Below are positions 40,232 through 54,274 of a DNA stretch of 64,000 bases, in pieces; the stretch's first letter is position 1, and every line of letters begins with the position of its first letter. This stretch comes from Octopus vulgaris. Lineage: Eukaryota. The position numbers and the translations under genes were made by a program. The DNA is taken from positions 61,628,001 to 61,692,000 of the forward strand of contig OX597814.1 of assembly GCA_951406725.2 (NCBI GenBank), in the 5' to 3' direction. The notes beneath the pieces were generated by a model, which ran no database searches, was not told the DNA's origin, and was given only the letters and a program-made list of their open reading frames with translations.

Positions 40232-40751
40232 GTGTGTATGTATGTGTGTGTGTATGTGTGTGTGTGTATGTATGTATGTATGTATGTATGTATGTATGTA
40301 TGTATGTATGTATGTATGTATGTATGAGTGTATGTTTACTTTATTACTAATTACTCTCTTCCAAGAACATTTTCACTCACTCTTAGCTCTTAGCTTCCCA
40401 TACATTTTACTCATGTGTCTATCAGCGTCATAGACAGAATACTTTCACTTTAGTCTTGCTCAAATCACTGTCGCTATTTACTTTCATTTTATTCGTTGCC
40501 CACTGTGTGTGTGCGTTTGCGTGTGGTGTAAACCAGACTAAGAAAAGCATTTGACACACACACCAGAATGTGAGTTTTCTGTAAATTTTGCTTAATTGGA
40601 GTTTAAATTTTAAAAACTGGACCTGGCATGACGCGATGCATTGTACTCTCAAAAATGGTAGGTAAATTGTAATTGAAGAAATCCTATATTGTAGATTTGT
40701 ATAACTCCCAAAGGGAGGCAGATAAAATCTGCCTTTTATAATAAGAGATAT

Positions 40752-40980
40752 ACCGGAGTAAACACATAAATGTGAAACAAGGTGGAAAAAAGACTACTCA
40801 AATACCAGTGGTAGAGTAATATGCTTTATTTTAAGCAGCAGAAAATTCAACAAAATCTGTTACTCTGAGTTTCTCGTTGCCGTTCATCAGACAGTTTTTT
40901 CTAGCAAAAACTGTCTGATGAACGGCAACGAGAAACTCAGAGTAACAGATTTTGTTGAATTTTCTGCTGCTTAAAATAAA

Positions 40981-40981
<1 letters not shown>
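40752..40981. mobile_element. Mini fold-back derivative of the 15086 PLE carrying two inverted HHRs
   Basis: Near-identical to 15086-15233. Arms 40824-40899 and 40906-40981. HHRs at 40857-40894 (-) and 40911-40948 (+). Followed by (TA)n. Confidence 0.9.
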
Positions 40982-41027
<46 letters not shown>

Positions 41028-43032
41028 GTGATGGTGGTGGGGATATTAGTAATATTGTTGGCATGAAAGAACATCTTAATAATGTAGGAAAGAACCTTGG
41101 AAGAATACCATATTAATCTTTAAGTTTATTCAGCTAATGGTTTCTAGTGTTCTCGATAAATTGTTATACACCATTCATAAGTTTGTGTATTTTAGCGTCA
41201 CGTATCATTTTACTCCAGATCAAACATTAAACCATAATAATTTGTTATGCTCTTTTTGGTTTTAAGAAGAAAGTAAGTTTCATAAAAGAGTCTTTTTTTT
41301 TAAACAAATTCATCAAATTAAAAGAAAAAGTTGTTGAAAACATGGTAGCAGTCATTTTGGAATAACTTGTAAAAGACGAAATGCTGTTAGAAGCGTAACA
41401 CTGCAGTTATGACTGGCCATAAAAGTTGTATTCAACACAGTATCAATGAAAAAAATTGTAAAGCTATTTTTGTCAACTGTGATTATCATTTTCTCAATTT
41501 GATTGGAATGCGTGCTGCTAACAACAATGCATCAATGGTAACTTTTTCCGGTACAATTTAGTCGCTTATTAATTCTTTTCCTCACTGTTGATAAAAGCTG
41601 AATAACAATACAAACATCTGTCAAATTTGAGTCGGAAACACCTGAACGTAGCGAGTTCAAGAATACTTTGATATTATAGTTGGACTATTACAAAGTATGG
41701 TTGACGATCAGAATCAAACTGCTGATACTAGGCAAGTACTGGATCAAATTTTGACTTCTAATTTTTTCGTTTTGCTTGGATTTAACATTCTTATTCAGAT
41801 TAACAACATAAACTTTTCTGATGCCATTGGCGATATAAAGACATTTTAAACATACTTTTTGAATAGGTGAGAATCACGAACCAGGGAATTATTTTGAGCT
41901 GAGCTGTTATGTAATGAATGGAATATTTTGATAAAAAGGTTTTATAGAAAGGTGAAAATTTGTTCAGTAAAAAATCCAGGGTTGTCGGCCGAAGGGCAAA
42001 CACAAAGAAAAGAAAAAGAAAGAAATGGTGAGAAAAATGAAATAAACTACTGGTCATCACCCACGGAAGAAATATTTGTTCGTCTCCATGATTTAAATTC
42101 AAAATTTGTATTCTTTTAGATGTTAGGGAATTAGTTAATTAGTTTAACTAAAAAGTAAGAAGCAGTCATAATACAAATGTCTTAAAGGAATGTTGTCTTA
42201 ATCATGGACATTTCTACAGCGCTGATATAGAACTTCATGAAGACCTTCTGGATTGTAAGACATTTTCTGAGAAGCCAACCAAACATTCACATTTCGAACG
42301 TCTCACATGCAAAAAAAAAAAAAAAAAATCAAAATAAATCTTAGTAATGTAAAATAGAATTTTGGGAGGATATCATATCAATCTCGGAGTTTATTCAACT
42401 AATGGTTTCATGTATTCAGTTAAGATATGAATGTTTTTTTACATTTGAAAGTAACTATTCCCATGATACTCACTGTTGCGATTTCAGTTGCTAGCCGTGA
42501 GCGCTCTTTCAACAAGGTGAAACTGATATTATCACATTTGAGAGTGTCAACAAAGCAAGCTCAACATTAAACGTAAGGATTCTCAACATACAAATTTTGA
42601 TGATGTTACTGGTGCTTTTGCATCGCCAAAAGCACAGTTTTAATATCAACTTCAAACTTTTTAATGAAAATAGCGAGAAAGATGTGCAAACAAGACATGT
42701 CATACTAATTAAAGTTCCATATAATTAGAATAATTATATTTCTATAAATGTTTATACACTTTTTATTGTTTTATTTTTAAATGCATTAGTAATTGCTTTA
42801 CATAAAGTCACGTAAAAAATTCGCTGAAAACAATCACAATAATGAAAACCTGGGAATCCAAACTTTCAGGATTGTGGGTACGGATTCGGCCCAGAATTAT
42901 AATTTACTCACGGAGTCAGCTAGATTCCATAATGGTATCATATGTTGGGCTACAGCCTCTAGGAGTAAAGTCGAAAAGTGTAACACACTGACATTCACAT
43001 TTATTATATTATACTATATTATTATATTATAT

Positions 43033-43255
43033 TAAGGCAGAATCAAGTTAGCAAAATCGTTAGCATGCCGGGCGAAATGCTTAACGGTATTCCGTCTGCC
43101 GTTAGGTTTTGAGTTCGAATTCCGCCGAGGTCGACTTTGCGTTTCATCCTTTCGGGGTCGATAACATTAGTTCCAGTTACGTATTGGGGTCGATGTAATC
43201 GACTTAATCGCCTCGCCCAAAATTTGAGGCCTTGTGCTTCCAGTAGAAAGAATTT
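43033..43255 (+). mobile_element. SINE copy
   Basis: Same head and core as 12333; tail GAGGCCTTGTGCTTCCAGTAGAAA as at 1272-1405. Confidence 0.78.
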
Positions 43256-43745
43256 ATTAAAGATGAAAAAGTGACACAGTTATTCACATTTATTACATTA
43301 GTTATGTTTAATTTCGGGGAAACTTTATTTCAACTGAAGTGCATTATATATATATATATATATGTTTGTGTGTGTGTGTATGTATGTATATGTGTGTGTA
43401 TTAAAGAAAACAAAAAGTATAGTGTCCAGTGTCTCTTTCTGTCAAAGAGACATGGTTAAACAAAGTTGTACATCATTTCCCTCTTTCTCTCTTTTATTAT
43501 TACTCCCACTGCTGCCATCAACACTACAGCTTTTAATAAAACATCATCAACTCTCCCTAAATTTCTTTGTCTCTCTTTCTCTCCCTCTCTTTTTCTTTCT
43601 CTCTGTGTCTGTCTCCGCCACTGCCCCCACCGTCTCTATGCTTACTATTACTCTCACACCATCATGAGGAATAGTAGGAATGTCATTGAATAGTGAGAGA
43701 GGGGATCAAAGTATGACACACTGCCACACAGAAATTAGTTTCGAA

Positions 43746-43787
<42 letters not shown>

Positions 43788-43926
43788 TAAAATCCTTTCA
43801 CGGGTCAAACCGTTATGTTACGAGGATGCTAAAATGACCAACATTGACACAAAGACACACATATATACATACATATATATACATGCATACATACATATAT
43901 ATACATGCATACATATATACATTCAT

Positions 43927-43957
<31 letters not shown>

Positions 43958-44187
43958 AATAGGTCATACTTAAAATTAAAGTTTAGATAGGAGATTTTAA
44001 AATGTAGTATCTAAACCTTGTCCCTAGTAGTGTGTGCCTAGAGAGCACGTTCTCCGTTTACGGCTACCAGGCGTCATCCAGGTATTGCACTTTCGTCGCA
44101 GGATCTACGTAAGGAATTCTTCGCTGCACGTTTAATATATTTTAAATGAGTGATAGGGAAGACAGAGTGTACTGTAAGCTTTAATTA

Positions 44188-44294
44188 GCACGACGATCGT
44201 TTCGGCTTACATCTGCACTGCTCTCCAGTGGGTGGGAAACGATGTAATGGAATCGAATGCACCCCACAGTGAAGAAGAAACCTCATCAGGTTAC
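44188..44294 (-). ncRNA. Hammerhead motif with long helix II in a microsatellite-flanked insert (about 43955-44440)
   Basis: Minus strand: CTGATGA|GGTTT…AAGCC|GAAA|CGATCG|T|C|GT. Palindromic helix III ACGATCGT, GUC triplet; helix I short. Confidence 0.65.
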
Positions 44295-44433
44295 ATAAAA
44301 CGTTACAATGTTATAAAATGTACATTTCGTTACTGTGTGTGACAGGATGAAATTGGTATGACACATGCATTTATAGTAGTTCACAAATCCATTAATCATA
44401 AATGGATTTGTGAATTACTACGTATAACTTACA

Positions 44434-44502
<69 letters not shown>

Positions 44503-45650
44503 GTATGTATGTATGTATGTATGTATGTATGTATGTATGTATGTATGTATGTATGTATGTGTGTATATATATTATATAACTGTTTCTCGTGTGCCATAAA
44601 ATAAACTCCTTAAAAGTATATTAGAACTATTAATTTAAGTACAGAACTTCCACTTCCTCTTGGAACTTAAGCAGTGTTGGGTTATCTGATATGCCGGTGT
44701 ATAGGGATTCATTGTTAAAAACAACAACAATAAAATCACATTTTTTAAACTATATTATCTCAAATATATAACCTATTTTTCAGTAATTTCAATGTTTACT
44801 AGTTTTTTTCAGCGGACAAATTGAGTTTACGAATACCACTCGTATGTTAAAGCTTTTCAATCATTTCACCATAAGTTTATAAGTCGCTGCGACACTGTTA
44901 TCTTAGTGTAATTACTTGGCGTTTGCAGTGATAATTGGTCCTGAAATCAGCAAACTGTCAGGTTGCTTTGCTCTAAACTACTTAAATAACTTTGTATGTG
45001 GTTCTGATAATTTCAATCTCTTTTAATGTTTGCTGCAATTTAGTCCTCAAATGTTTTTGAATTCGCCATAAATTACATTAACTAGTCCTTTTGTTCACAA
45101 ATGTCATAAACTGCTGAAGTAACATTATATTCTCGTACAAAAACGTCCTAGTTTTCACCTATTTTAACACGCTGTATTTTTCAATTTATGGGTGCAATGT
45201 GAGAGTTACATGTTTTCTTTTCATATTGGGGCGTCTCTTTCATGATTCCCAGGTTCTGAATTCCTGAAAAATTTGGTTAAAGTGTCGTCAATACCATCGA
45301 GAATTCTTGGGATTGTATTCTATCTTCTGAAAATTCATGACCGTATTATCTAGAATATATTTGTAAATTACAAGTCAGTGTTTAGGTAATTAAGCAGACA
45401 CCATTTAAATATCGTTTGGGCCCCCTTCGAAAAGAATCAAGCTACTTTCCAGGAACAATAGATTGAAACCAAAGAAAATAATATCTAAATTAGTTGCTAT
45501 TAGTGCTATTCCCATGAATGTAATAGCTAAAAGTGTTTATCTTGGGAAACCTGTATAAAAGACTTGGTTTTAGGAAAGATTAGTTCTCAATTAACGCATG
45601 TTATTTAACATTAATCTGATTCCGAAAAAATAATTAATGAAATAACAATA

Positions 45651-46545
45651 AACTGTATTGCATAAGTTATGATCAATATAATGTAATCTCTCAATTTTTC
45701 CTCCGGTACTTTCTATGTTAAAAAAAGCATAACGAATTCGTGCTGGAACTTCGTGTATTATCAATAATTTTCATCGCTTACGGATAATACCCTACTCTTA
45801 TTTTTTATCCCATTATTTCTTAATATGTATGAATGTGAATATTGATTCATTTGATAAATTTAGCAATATAGGAATAATCATAATTTATGTAAGTTTATCT
45901 ACTGAAAACAGTTTTGTTTTGAACTTTTAGAAACAAAAGTGTTTGGTTTTAACCTTAATAGTCGAAACTAATGAAATAAGTGTTATGGTAAAATTTGGTA
46001 AGGATATTAATTGCAAATATAAAATATTTTACGTTCGTGGACTTCATTTGACTTCACTTAACTGTTTAAGCTATTCTTTACAAGAAAACTGATAAAAATT
46101 TTGATGAAGTTAATTTAAGTAGCGTCCCTTGTAGTGATAAGATTGAATATACACTCGAGGATGATAAGAAATTATTGATCCAGCAGTTACTGCAGAAAGT
46201 TTAACCATTGCCGATGTTATTAAAACAGTGAGAACAATTGTTAGTTTATTTCGTAGGTCTCTACGAATAAATTTAACACTTCAGAATATGTTAAAGAGGA
46301 ATATCATCATTAAATTACAATTAATCAATGAAACCAAAACAAGATGGAATAGTTTATTTGTTGTTACGATTCTTGTTCCTTAAATACTGTATTGCATAAG
46401 TTATGATCAATATAAAGCAATCTCTGAACTTTTCCTCTGATGTCCTCTATGTTAAAAAAAAAGTGAAATTGTGTTGGAACTTGGTGCATTATCAGTCATT
46501 TTCACCGATTACAGATGATATCGTATTCTTATTTTTATCCCAAAG
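45651..46545 (+). pseudogene. hAT-like remnant bracketed by a diverged ~160-bp direct duplication
   Basis: INETKTRWNSL at about 46324-46356. ACTGTATTGCATAAGTTATGATCAATATA… occurs at about 45652 and 46386. Confidence 0.5.
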
Positions 46546-47299
46546 AAGATTGCTTTGAAAATTTATTTAAAATATAAATATTGTACATAGTTTAAATATA
46601 TTATTTCTATGGAAATCATGACCCTCTCTAAACAGCCAAAGTACCACATTTACATTTACCATCTCTGCAATACTCCTAGGATGGGGGTAGGTCTGCCTCC
46701 TAGCTAAAGAACTACTGTGTACACGAAAACACATGGATACACACACACACCTCCACACTTTAGTAACACGCTCTCACATACAACACACGGATAATAAACA
46801 TACATCGATTTTCAAAATTTCGAATGAAAAAATTATATAGAACAATGAACGACAACAAAAGTTCGCCTTAATTTTTCAATAATTTGATTTTTATACTTCT
46901 TTTCTTTTAATCAATCCATCTTTTCGAGCTCAAATAAAGACTTTTGTTATGAAAAAATTCTTTGTCAATAGAGAAAGAAAACAAAATTTACCACAAGAGA
47001 TTAGAATAAATAGAAAAAAATTACTTTTCTTCTACCAAACACTACACACCAATATGAATTAATAGGATCAAAATTACTCTTGGATGCGATCTTGGAATCT
47101 TATTTTCATTAGTGAATCTTAATATTTCATGCCTCTAAGGAAGAAACTGTAAGTAATTTCATATTTCAAGATTAAGAAATTCAGTATACAATATAATAAG
47201 TTGCGAGAAGAGAGATTCGAAGGTCGTTGAAATGAAATTCATTTCAATTCAATCTTTATGAAACTAAAATGAAAAGAGAAAAGAGAGAGTGAAAGAGAA

Positions 47300-48086
47300 T
47301 CTTATAAAAAATCTGCTTGTCATTGCGTTACTTAACCCGTCGGTAAAGCTTTCACGTGATAAGTTGAAGGGTAAGAGAGGAGAAAGAAAAAGGAGAGAGA
47401 AAAAGAGGATAAGGTGATGAGTGAGACTGAAAGAGGGAGAAAGAAAAAGAGGGAGAGAGAAGCGTCCATGCTGTAAGGTAGGGGAACGTAATATTTATTA
47501 CGTAGTTAAAAAAGTTAGCTGAAAGTAGAGGAGGGAAGTTAAAAATATAATTTTAGAAGGGGAGTGATGTTCTGATGGTGAGGATAAAGAAAGACAGAGA
47601 GAGGGAGAGAAAGATGGAGGAGACAGATAATGATGGCAGTGGTGGTGGTGGTGATGGTGGTGGTGATTGGACAGCGAAAAGGGTCTATTTTTTTAATTGA
47701 ACTGTTTTTATATCACCTATCATTCAACGCATGCACATAAGTGCAATTCCATGAAATATTCATACTTATTTAGTGGCAGATATATGTAATTTAACTAAAG
47801 GTTGTATCATATGTACGGGTTATTTTTTTGTTTGTTTATGGGGAAAATGGGAAAATAAGAGTTATTTGATGAGTGCTGAGTATAAAATTGTGTACACAGT
47901 ATATAAAGTGCATTAAGTAATCATCGTATTCCGATTTCTTTCACTTGTCAATGAATAGCAGATGAGTGACTATCTTTCCATACAGACACAACACAGGCTA
48001 CGCTTTCAGGTTTTCTGGATAAAGTTTTCAGAAATAACCCAATAGGTTTATTATTAATTCCGTGAAATATTCACGGGTCCCACTAA
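47300..48086 (+). mobile_element. Probable non-autonomous Helitron
   Basis: A|TCTTATAAAA 5' end; hairpin CCGTGAAATATTCACGG (48060-48076); CTAA (CTRR)|T 3' end. Confidence 0.55.
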
Positions 48087-48171
48087 TGTGTTTTAATATG
48101 CATATATATGTTCACTTTTTGAAGCATGTATTAAATACCAAAAAATTTTTGAATACTATTTTTTAAAAAAA

Positions 48172-48465
48172 TTGCACTCCGTCGGTCACGACGATGAGCG
48201 TTCCAGTTAATCAAATCAATGGAACAATCAACTCGTGAAATGAACGTGCAGTTGGCTGATCACTCCACAGACACTCGTGTCCTTAACACAGTTCTCGGGG
48301 AAATTTAACGTGACACAGGATTTGACAAAGCTGGTTCTTTAAACTGCAGGTACAACTCATTCTTGCTAGCTGAGTGTACTGCAGCAACCTGATATAAAGC
48401 ATCTTCTTGAAAGACGCAACACGCCTCCGAAGAACGCCCTCACGACGTTATGATCGTGAGCCGAA
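48172..48465 (-). mobile_element. SINE (same family as 60914)
   Basis: Reverse complement similar to 60914-61257, including the CCGACGGAGTGC tail. Confidence 0.72.
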
Positions 48466-48591
48466 AAAGTGTGTCTATAAAGATGATACATCTCCAAAAT
48501 ATATCCTGTTTTCAGAATTATTTATTTAATGTTTGAACGTAACAGTTTAAGAAGGTCGCTACTTCCTAAAAAAACTCAAACATATTTTGAG

Positions 48592-48693
<102 letters not shown>

Positions 48694-48715
48694 CATAGAT
48701 ACACGAGAGGCTCAT

Positions 48716-48878
48716 AGGTGCAGGAATAGCTGTGTGGTAAGTAGCTTACTTACCAACCACATGGTTCCGGGTTCAGTCCCACAGCGTGACACCTTGAGCA
48801 AGTGTCTCCTACTATAGCCTCGGGTCGACTAAAGCCTTTTGAGTGGATTTGGTAGACGGAAACTGAAAGAGGCCCATC

Positions 48879-48918
<40 letters not shown>

Positions 48919-49133
48919 AAAGTATTAAGGAATGACCCTGACAGGTCTGTCAGGGTCATTCCTTAATACTTTTGTTGAATATATTATATAGTCTTTCTTT
49001 TATATAGCTATTTCTTTTTCTTTATATAGCTATTTCTTTTCTTTATATAGCTATTTCTTTTTTCTCACTTGACCGCTGTTTGCAGAAAATTTTTCTTGAA
49101 TTTTTCTTGAATTTTTTTGCTACCCTATATTGA

Positions 49134-49216
<83 letters not shown>

Positions 49217-49445
49217 CGCGAGCGTGTGTGTATATATGTCCGTATTTCAGTGTTCGTCCTCCCACCATCGCTTGACAATCGATGCGATGTTGATGTGTTT
49301 GCGTCCCTGTAACTTAGCAGTTCGGCAAAAGAACCGATAGGATAAGTAATAGGTTTACAAAGAATAAAACCTAGGGTAAATTTGTTCGGCTAAAGATGGA
49401 GCTCCAGCATGGCCGCAGTCAAAACGACTGAAACAAATAAAAGAA
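48716..49445 (+). mobile_element. tRNA-derived SINE split by a ~220-bp insertion in its internal (TA)n
   Basis: Head 48716-48880 (GGTTCAGTCCC B-box-like) and 3' half about 49230-49445; same layout as 1820-2155. Confidence 0.7.
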
Positions 49446-49510
49446 GAAAAGAATATACATATATGCTATTATACATATACTCCATTATATATATGCTATG
49501 TGTGTGTGTG

Positions 49511-49568
<58 letters not shown>

Positions 49569-50239
49569 CATATATATATATGTGTATATATATATGTATA
49601 TATGTATTATGTACACACACATATACAAATGTAATATATATATATGCGTATGTCTAAATATCCGTTTATATACATATATACAAATTTTATATACGAATAT
49701 ATATTATATAGATATATGTATGCATATTATATGTGCATACATGTATAATATGTATACATATATAATATATATGCATATATATATTATATACACACTATTA
49801 TATATGTATGCATATATGATATATATGCATACATATATATTATACACACACACACACACACACACACACGTGTGTGTGTGTGTGTATGTATGTGTATGTG
49901 TATGCGTATGTGTGTGTGCGCGCGCACAGATGTGTATTCAGGATGCAAAATATTATTTACGCTATTTCACGAATTAAAATGAAAGTAAGTTATTTCTTTC
50001 AAAGTGCGCGTGTGACGTTTGCCAACATTATAATCGATGATGATATGCTGACGCATTTGACGAGTGAAAGTTTCTCTTTAAAATCACATTAATAATTGAA
50101 TAAATTTTGATGGATATCTCCAGTGTCCTCTTTATTGAAACTTCAGATTGATGGCAAAATTAACTTACCGCTGCTTATAGCGTCTTACAACAATCCCACA
50201 GGTTTTTAAATTTAAAAAAATTCTCGCAGTATGACACGG

Positions 50240-50278
<39 letters not shown>

Positions 50279-50382
50279 TTTCTGTGTCTATCTTTCTGTT
50301 GGACGTTCTATGTATAAATATTTCATTCTACGCGTTCTCTTGTTTCAAAGGGCTCTTCTTGATCTTCAGCGGAATATAATCG

Positions 50383-50437
<55 letters not shown>

Positions 50438-50761
50438 AATAAAAATGGAAACGCAGGTTTAAACAAGTATTTTTTCTTTCTACATATGTTTCAAAAATTC
50501 CACTGATACTTATTCAAAAGAATAAAAGGTATAAACAATGCAATCTTCTCTTCGGGAAAGTGAAAAAACGAAACTTGTCAATACGACATTTTAGCAAAAA
50601 ATGATGGATTCGTATAGCGATAGACAGAACGCTATTAATATTGTTTAAAAAAACGTTATATGATATAACGTCATAAGTAGCTAACAGAAAGAGTAGGGAT
50701 ATTAATAGTGAATGTTAAATATAAAGGAAATTAAAGTCTAAACTATATATAATGATAGAGA

Positions 50762-53086
50762 CTACTTATATGCACTAAAAGTATGTTTTTGCCAATGCTT
50801 ACATCTGTATGCTCGTTCTATAACCGTGTTTACTAGAGTATTTTTAGAAAAAATAATGAAAAATAGCTCAGAATTGCAGAGAAGACAGAATTTCTTGCCT
50901 TTGTCATATGGTATCGAAATTGAGAGGATCAACCATTCCAAATGAAATTGTTCATTGTGGTCTTTTAAATTCCAAATCAGTTTGCTGAGACCGGTACTAT
51001 TCCGTTTATTTCTATCCCTAAATGTTGAGTAATGGATAGAAATTCTCTTAGATAACTCTAACGATGTGCTTCCAATGTAAAATCGTACTTTATTACGAGT
51101 ACTGATTATACACTGGTATATAGAATTTTTAATCTTAGAGTTACTTGACATAAATTTAATTCTATTGGGATTGACTTCAGATATAATAACCTTGTTATTA
51201 ATATTTCTAGAGGGTTGGATGGTAGTAGCTAAATTAATGTTAGTATTAGTAAATGTATTAATATTTAACAGTTTGTTATTATGAGAAGATATAATTTGCA
51301 AGAGATTTTTTGTGTTTGAAAAACCTATCCTAACCTTATGTGAATTAATTATAGAGTAATATCTAGAATTATTTGGAAAATTCCTAGCAATAGCTTGACG
51401 AAACAGCAGTGGGAGATTAGATTTAATTTGTCTCCCGTAAGGAATTATTAACCAAATATTTTTACTAGTATTCATAGCGTAATTACTTTTGAAGGTGTTA
51501 TATTTACTTTTAGATCGGTAATAGGGGAATAAATAAGGGTTATCTGCCTTCATTCGCTTTGTATCGGTGCGTAAGTTATGTTTGTTATCAATAATTCTTT
51601 TACGACTAGAAATCTTATCTACATTACTGAATTTACAATTAGACTGAGCAGAATCAATGTAGAAATTTTTTCTGTATAACCTGCTTTGATCAAGGCAGAG
51701 TTATAGAATTCAGCGTTATTATTGAAAATATCAACATTAGCAGATAATTTAGATAATCTAAATGAAATATTCTTAACTAAATTCTTAGTAATTGCTCCAG
51801 GATGATTACTAAATTTGCAAATGTACTTAAGATTGGTCAACGGTTTATGATATGGGAAATAAGAGTCACTGTGTAAATTAAGCGTAATATCTAAAAAGTT
51901 GGCCTTCGTCAGATCGTCATCAAAAATGATTTTTAAGCCCATTCTACTGAAAAAATTAACTAAACTGTTCTTAACTTTTTGTACCTTTTGGTTAGAAACA
52001 TTTTGGAGGTAAAGTAAACAATCATCACGATATAGACCTCCATAAATGTTAGGGAACTCTTCAGCCATTTCAAAAAGAATATATATACAGACCAAATCAG
52101 CTATCTGTGCTGAATCAGAACTTCCCATATGTACATCGAAACTATCTGGTGTGTCTTTACGGACCCACAACTTATCATCAAATTTAATAATAGATCTTCT
52201 GGCTGCCAACACAACATTAATTTCTTCTCGGGTGAGACCAGCTTTGTTATGAGCAAGCCAAAGTGCCTTATTAAGTACTATTGGATTAATAGACGAATAA
52301 AAATTGGAAATATCAAACTGGATAAACTTCGTACTCACCTTACTGTTAATAGACCTAAACCAGTCAACTACGTCAAATGAATTAGTCCATAAACTAAGTT
52401 TTAATGTTTTGATTAGATTAGGAATATATTTATCTAGTATATTTTTACTAAGGATACCGATGTCAGAGCTAGAAGGGCAGATAAGCCTTAATGATGGGTT
52501 AGTAAAAAAATTTGGTTTGTGATCCTTCAAAATAAACCTAGGTTGCTTAGGAACAAGTAGTTGTCTTCATTTGTAGGTTATATTTCTCCATGATTTTCAT
52601 AGCCTCGATGTTGGCTTTCTTAAGTATTCTTTTATCAGCAATTTTATACTTTTTCTGAATTTCTTTTTCAAGTAATTCCAAATAATAGTCTTTATAAAGT
52701 TTGTACAGATTTCCAGTCTTATCAGATTGAACCAACATAGTATCCATAGAATTGATTTCTTTGGTGATGTTGCGAAGATACCTCAGATGTTTATTTCTTA
52801 GTGGTGACCGTTGAAATTTTACATTTCTCACAATGGACCAGAGATCATCTTCAAATTGCTTCAACCTTGGGTTAGGCGGCGGACTATTTTTAGATTTAAA
52901 TAACTTGCTGAACTCAGATGATTTATCATTAGTGTGTTGTTGAGTGTCATTTTTGTCAAAGAAAAAGGTAAGCCATCTTATTCGGTTGATGAATGAATTA
53001 ATCTTATTGACAAGTTGCTTAAGGAAAACATTCTTAGGTGGAATAGGAATGTCCTTAAGAGATGCGTTAATATTCAATAACTCCAT
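50762..53086 (-). pseudogene. PLE polyprotein (RT and C-terminal GIY-YIG endonuclease), about 775 codons, two frameshifts
   Basis: QSDKTGNLY, LKDHKP, QFDISNFY, HMGSSDS, GGLYRDD (RT); SIYQC…FYIG (GIY-YIG); FCLLCNSE…RCKH. Frameshifts at about 52560 and 51665. Confidence 0.93.
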
Positions 53087-54274
53087 ATGCTGTAACTATT
53101 CAGTTAGCAGGTTATTAATAAACCTGATTAAAGTATTATAAATAGATGAGTGTATTTTACCTTGTTAACAATTAACACGGATAAATGAATGAATAGTTAC
53201 CAGGGCAGCAAAAATCTCACAAGTAAAGATGTTGTAACTCCTTGTTTATAAAGGTTGAAACTTCGTGTTTACGTTGAATATTTGAATAATAGGAATAAAA
53301 AATGGAGTTAACGCAGGTTTAAACAAGTATTTTTCTTTCTACATATGTTTCAAAAATTCCACTGATACTTATTCAAAAGAATAAAAGGTATAAACAATGC
53401 AATCTTCTCTTCGGGAAAGTGAAAAAACGAAACTTGTCAATACGACATTTTAGCAAAAAATGATGGATTCGTATAGCGATAGACAGAACGCTATTAATAT
53501 TGTTTAAAAAAACGTTATATGATATAACGTCATAAGTAGCTAACAGAAAGAGTAGGGATATTAATAGTGAATGTTAAATATAAAGGAAATTAAAGTCTAA
53601 ACTATATATAATGATAGAGACTACTTATATGCACTAAAAGTATGTTTTTGCCAATGCTTACATCTGTATGCTCGTTCTATAACCGTGTTTACTAGAGTAT
53701 TTTTAGAAAAAATAATGAAAAATAGCTCAGAATTGCAGAGAAGACAGAATTTCTTGCCTTTGTCATATGGTATCGAAATTGAGAGGATCAACCATTCCAA
53801 ATGAAATTGTTCATTGTGGTCTTTTAAATTCCAAATCAGTTTGCTGAGACCGGTACTATTCCGTTTATTTCTATCCCTAAATGTTGAGTAATGGATAGAA
53901 ATTCTCTTAGATAACTCTAACGATGTGCTTCCAATGTAAAATCGTACTTTATTACGAGTACTGATTATACACTGGTATATAGAATTTTTAATCTTAGAGT
54001 TACTTGACATAAATTTAATTCTATTGGGATTGACTTCAGATACAATAACCTTGTTATTAATATTTCTAGAGGGTTGGATGGTAGTAGCTAAATTAATGTT
54101 AGTATTAGTAAATGTATTAATATTTAACAGTTTGTTATTATGAGAAGATATAATTTGCAAGAGATTTTTTGTGTTTGAAAAACCTATCCTAACCTTATGT
54201 GAATTAATTATAGAGTAATATCTAGAATTATTTGGAAAATTCCTAGCAATAACGCTGAATTCTATAACTCTGCC

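Larger units (their letters stand above)
38200..42700 (+). pseudogene. Fragmented hAT transposase remnant interrupted by younger insertions
   Basis: About 38855-38890 reads SAQNLAFRVH (QNLAFRGH-type motif). About 42462-42545 reads MILTVAISVASRERSFNKVKLILSHLR (hAT C-terminal dimerisation motif). Limits approximate. Confidence 0.6.

Noticed and set aside
50325-50376. CTGAAGA…GAAAC on the minus strand
   Set aside because: Helices I-III pair poorly; could be chance.
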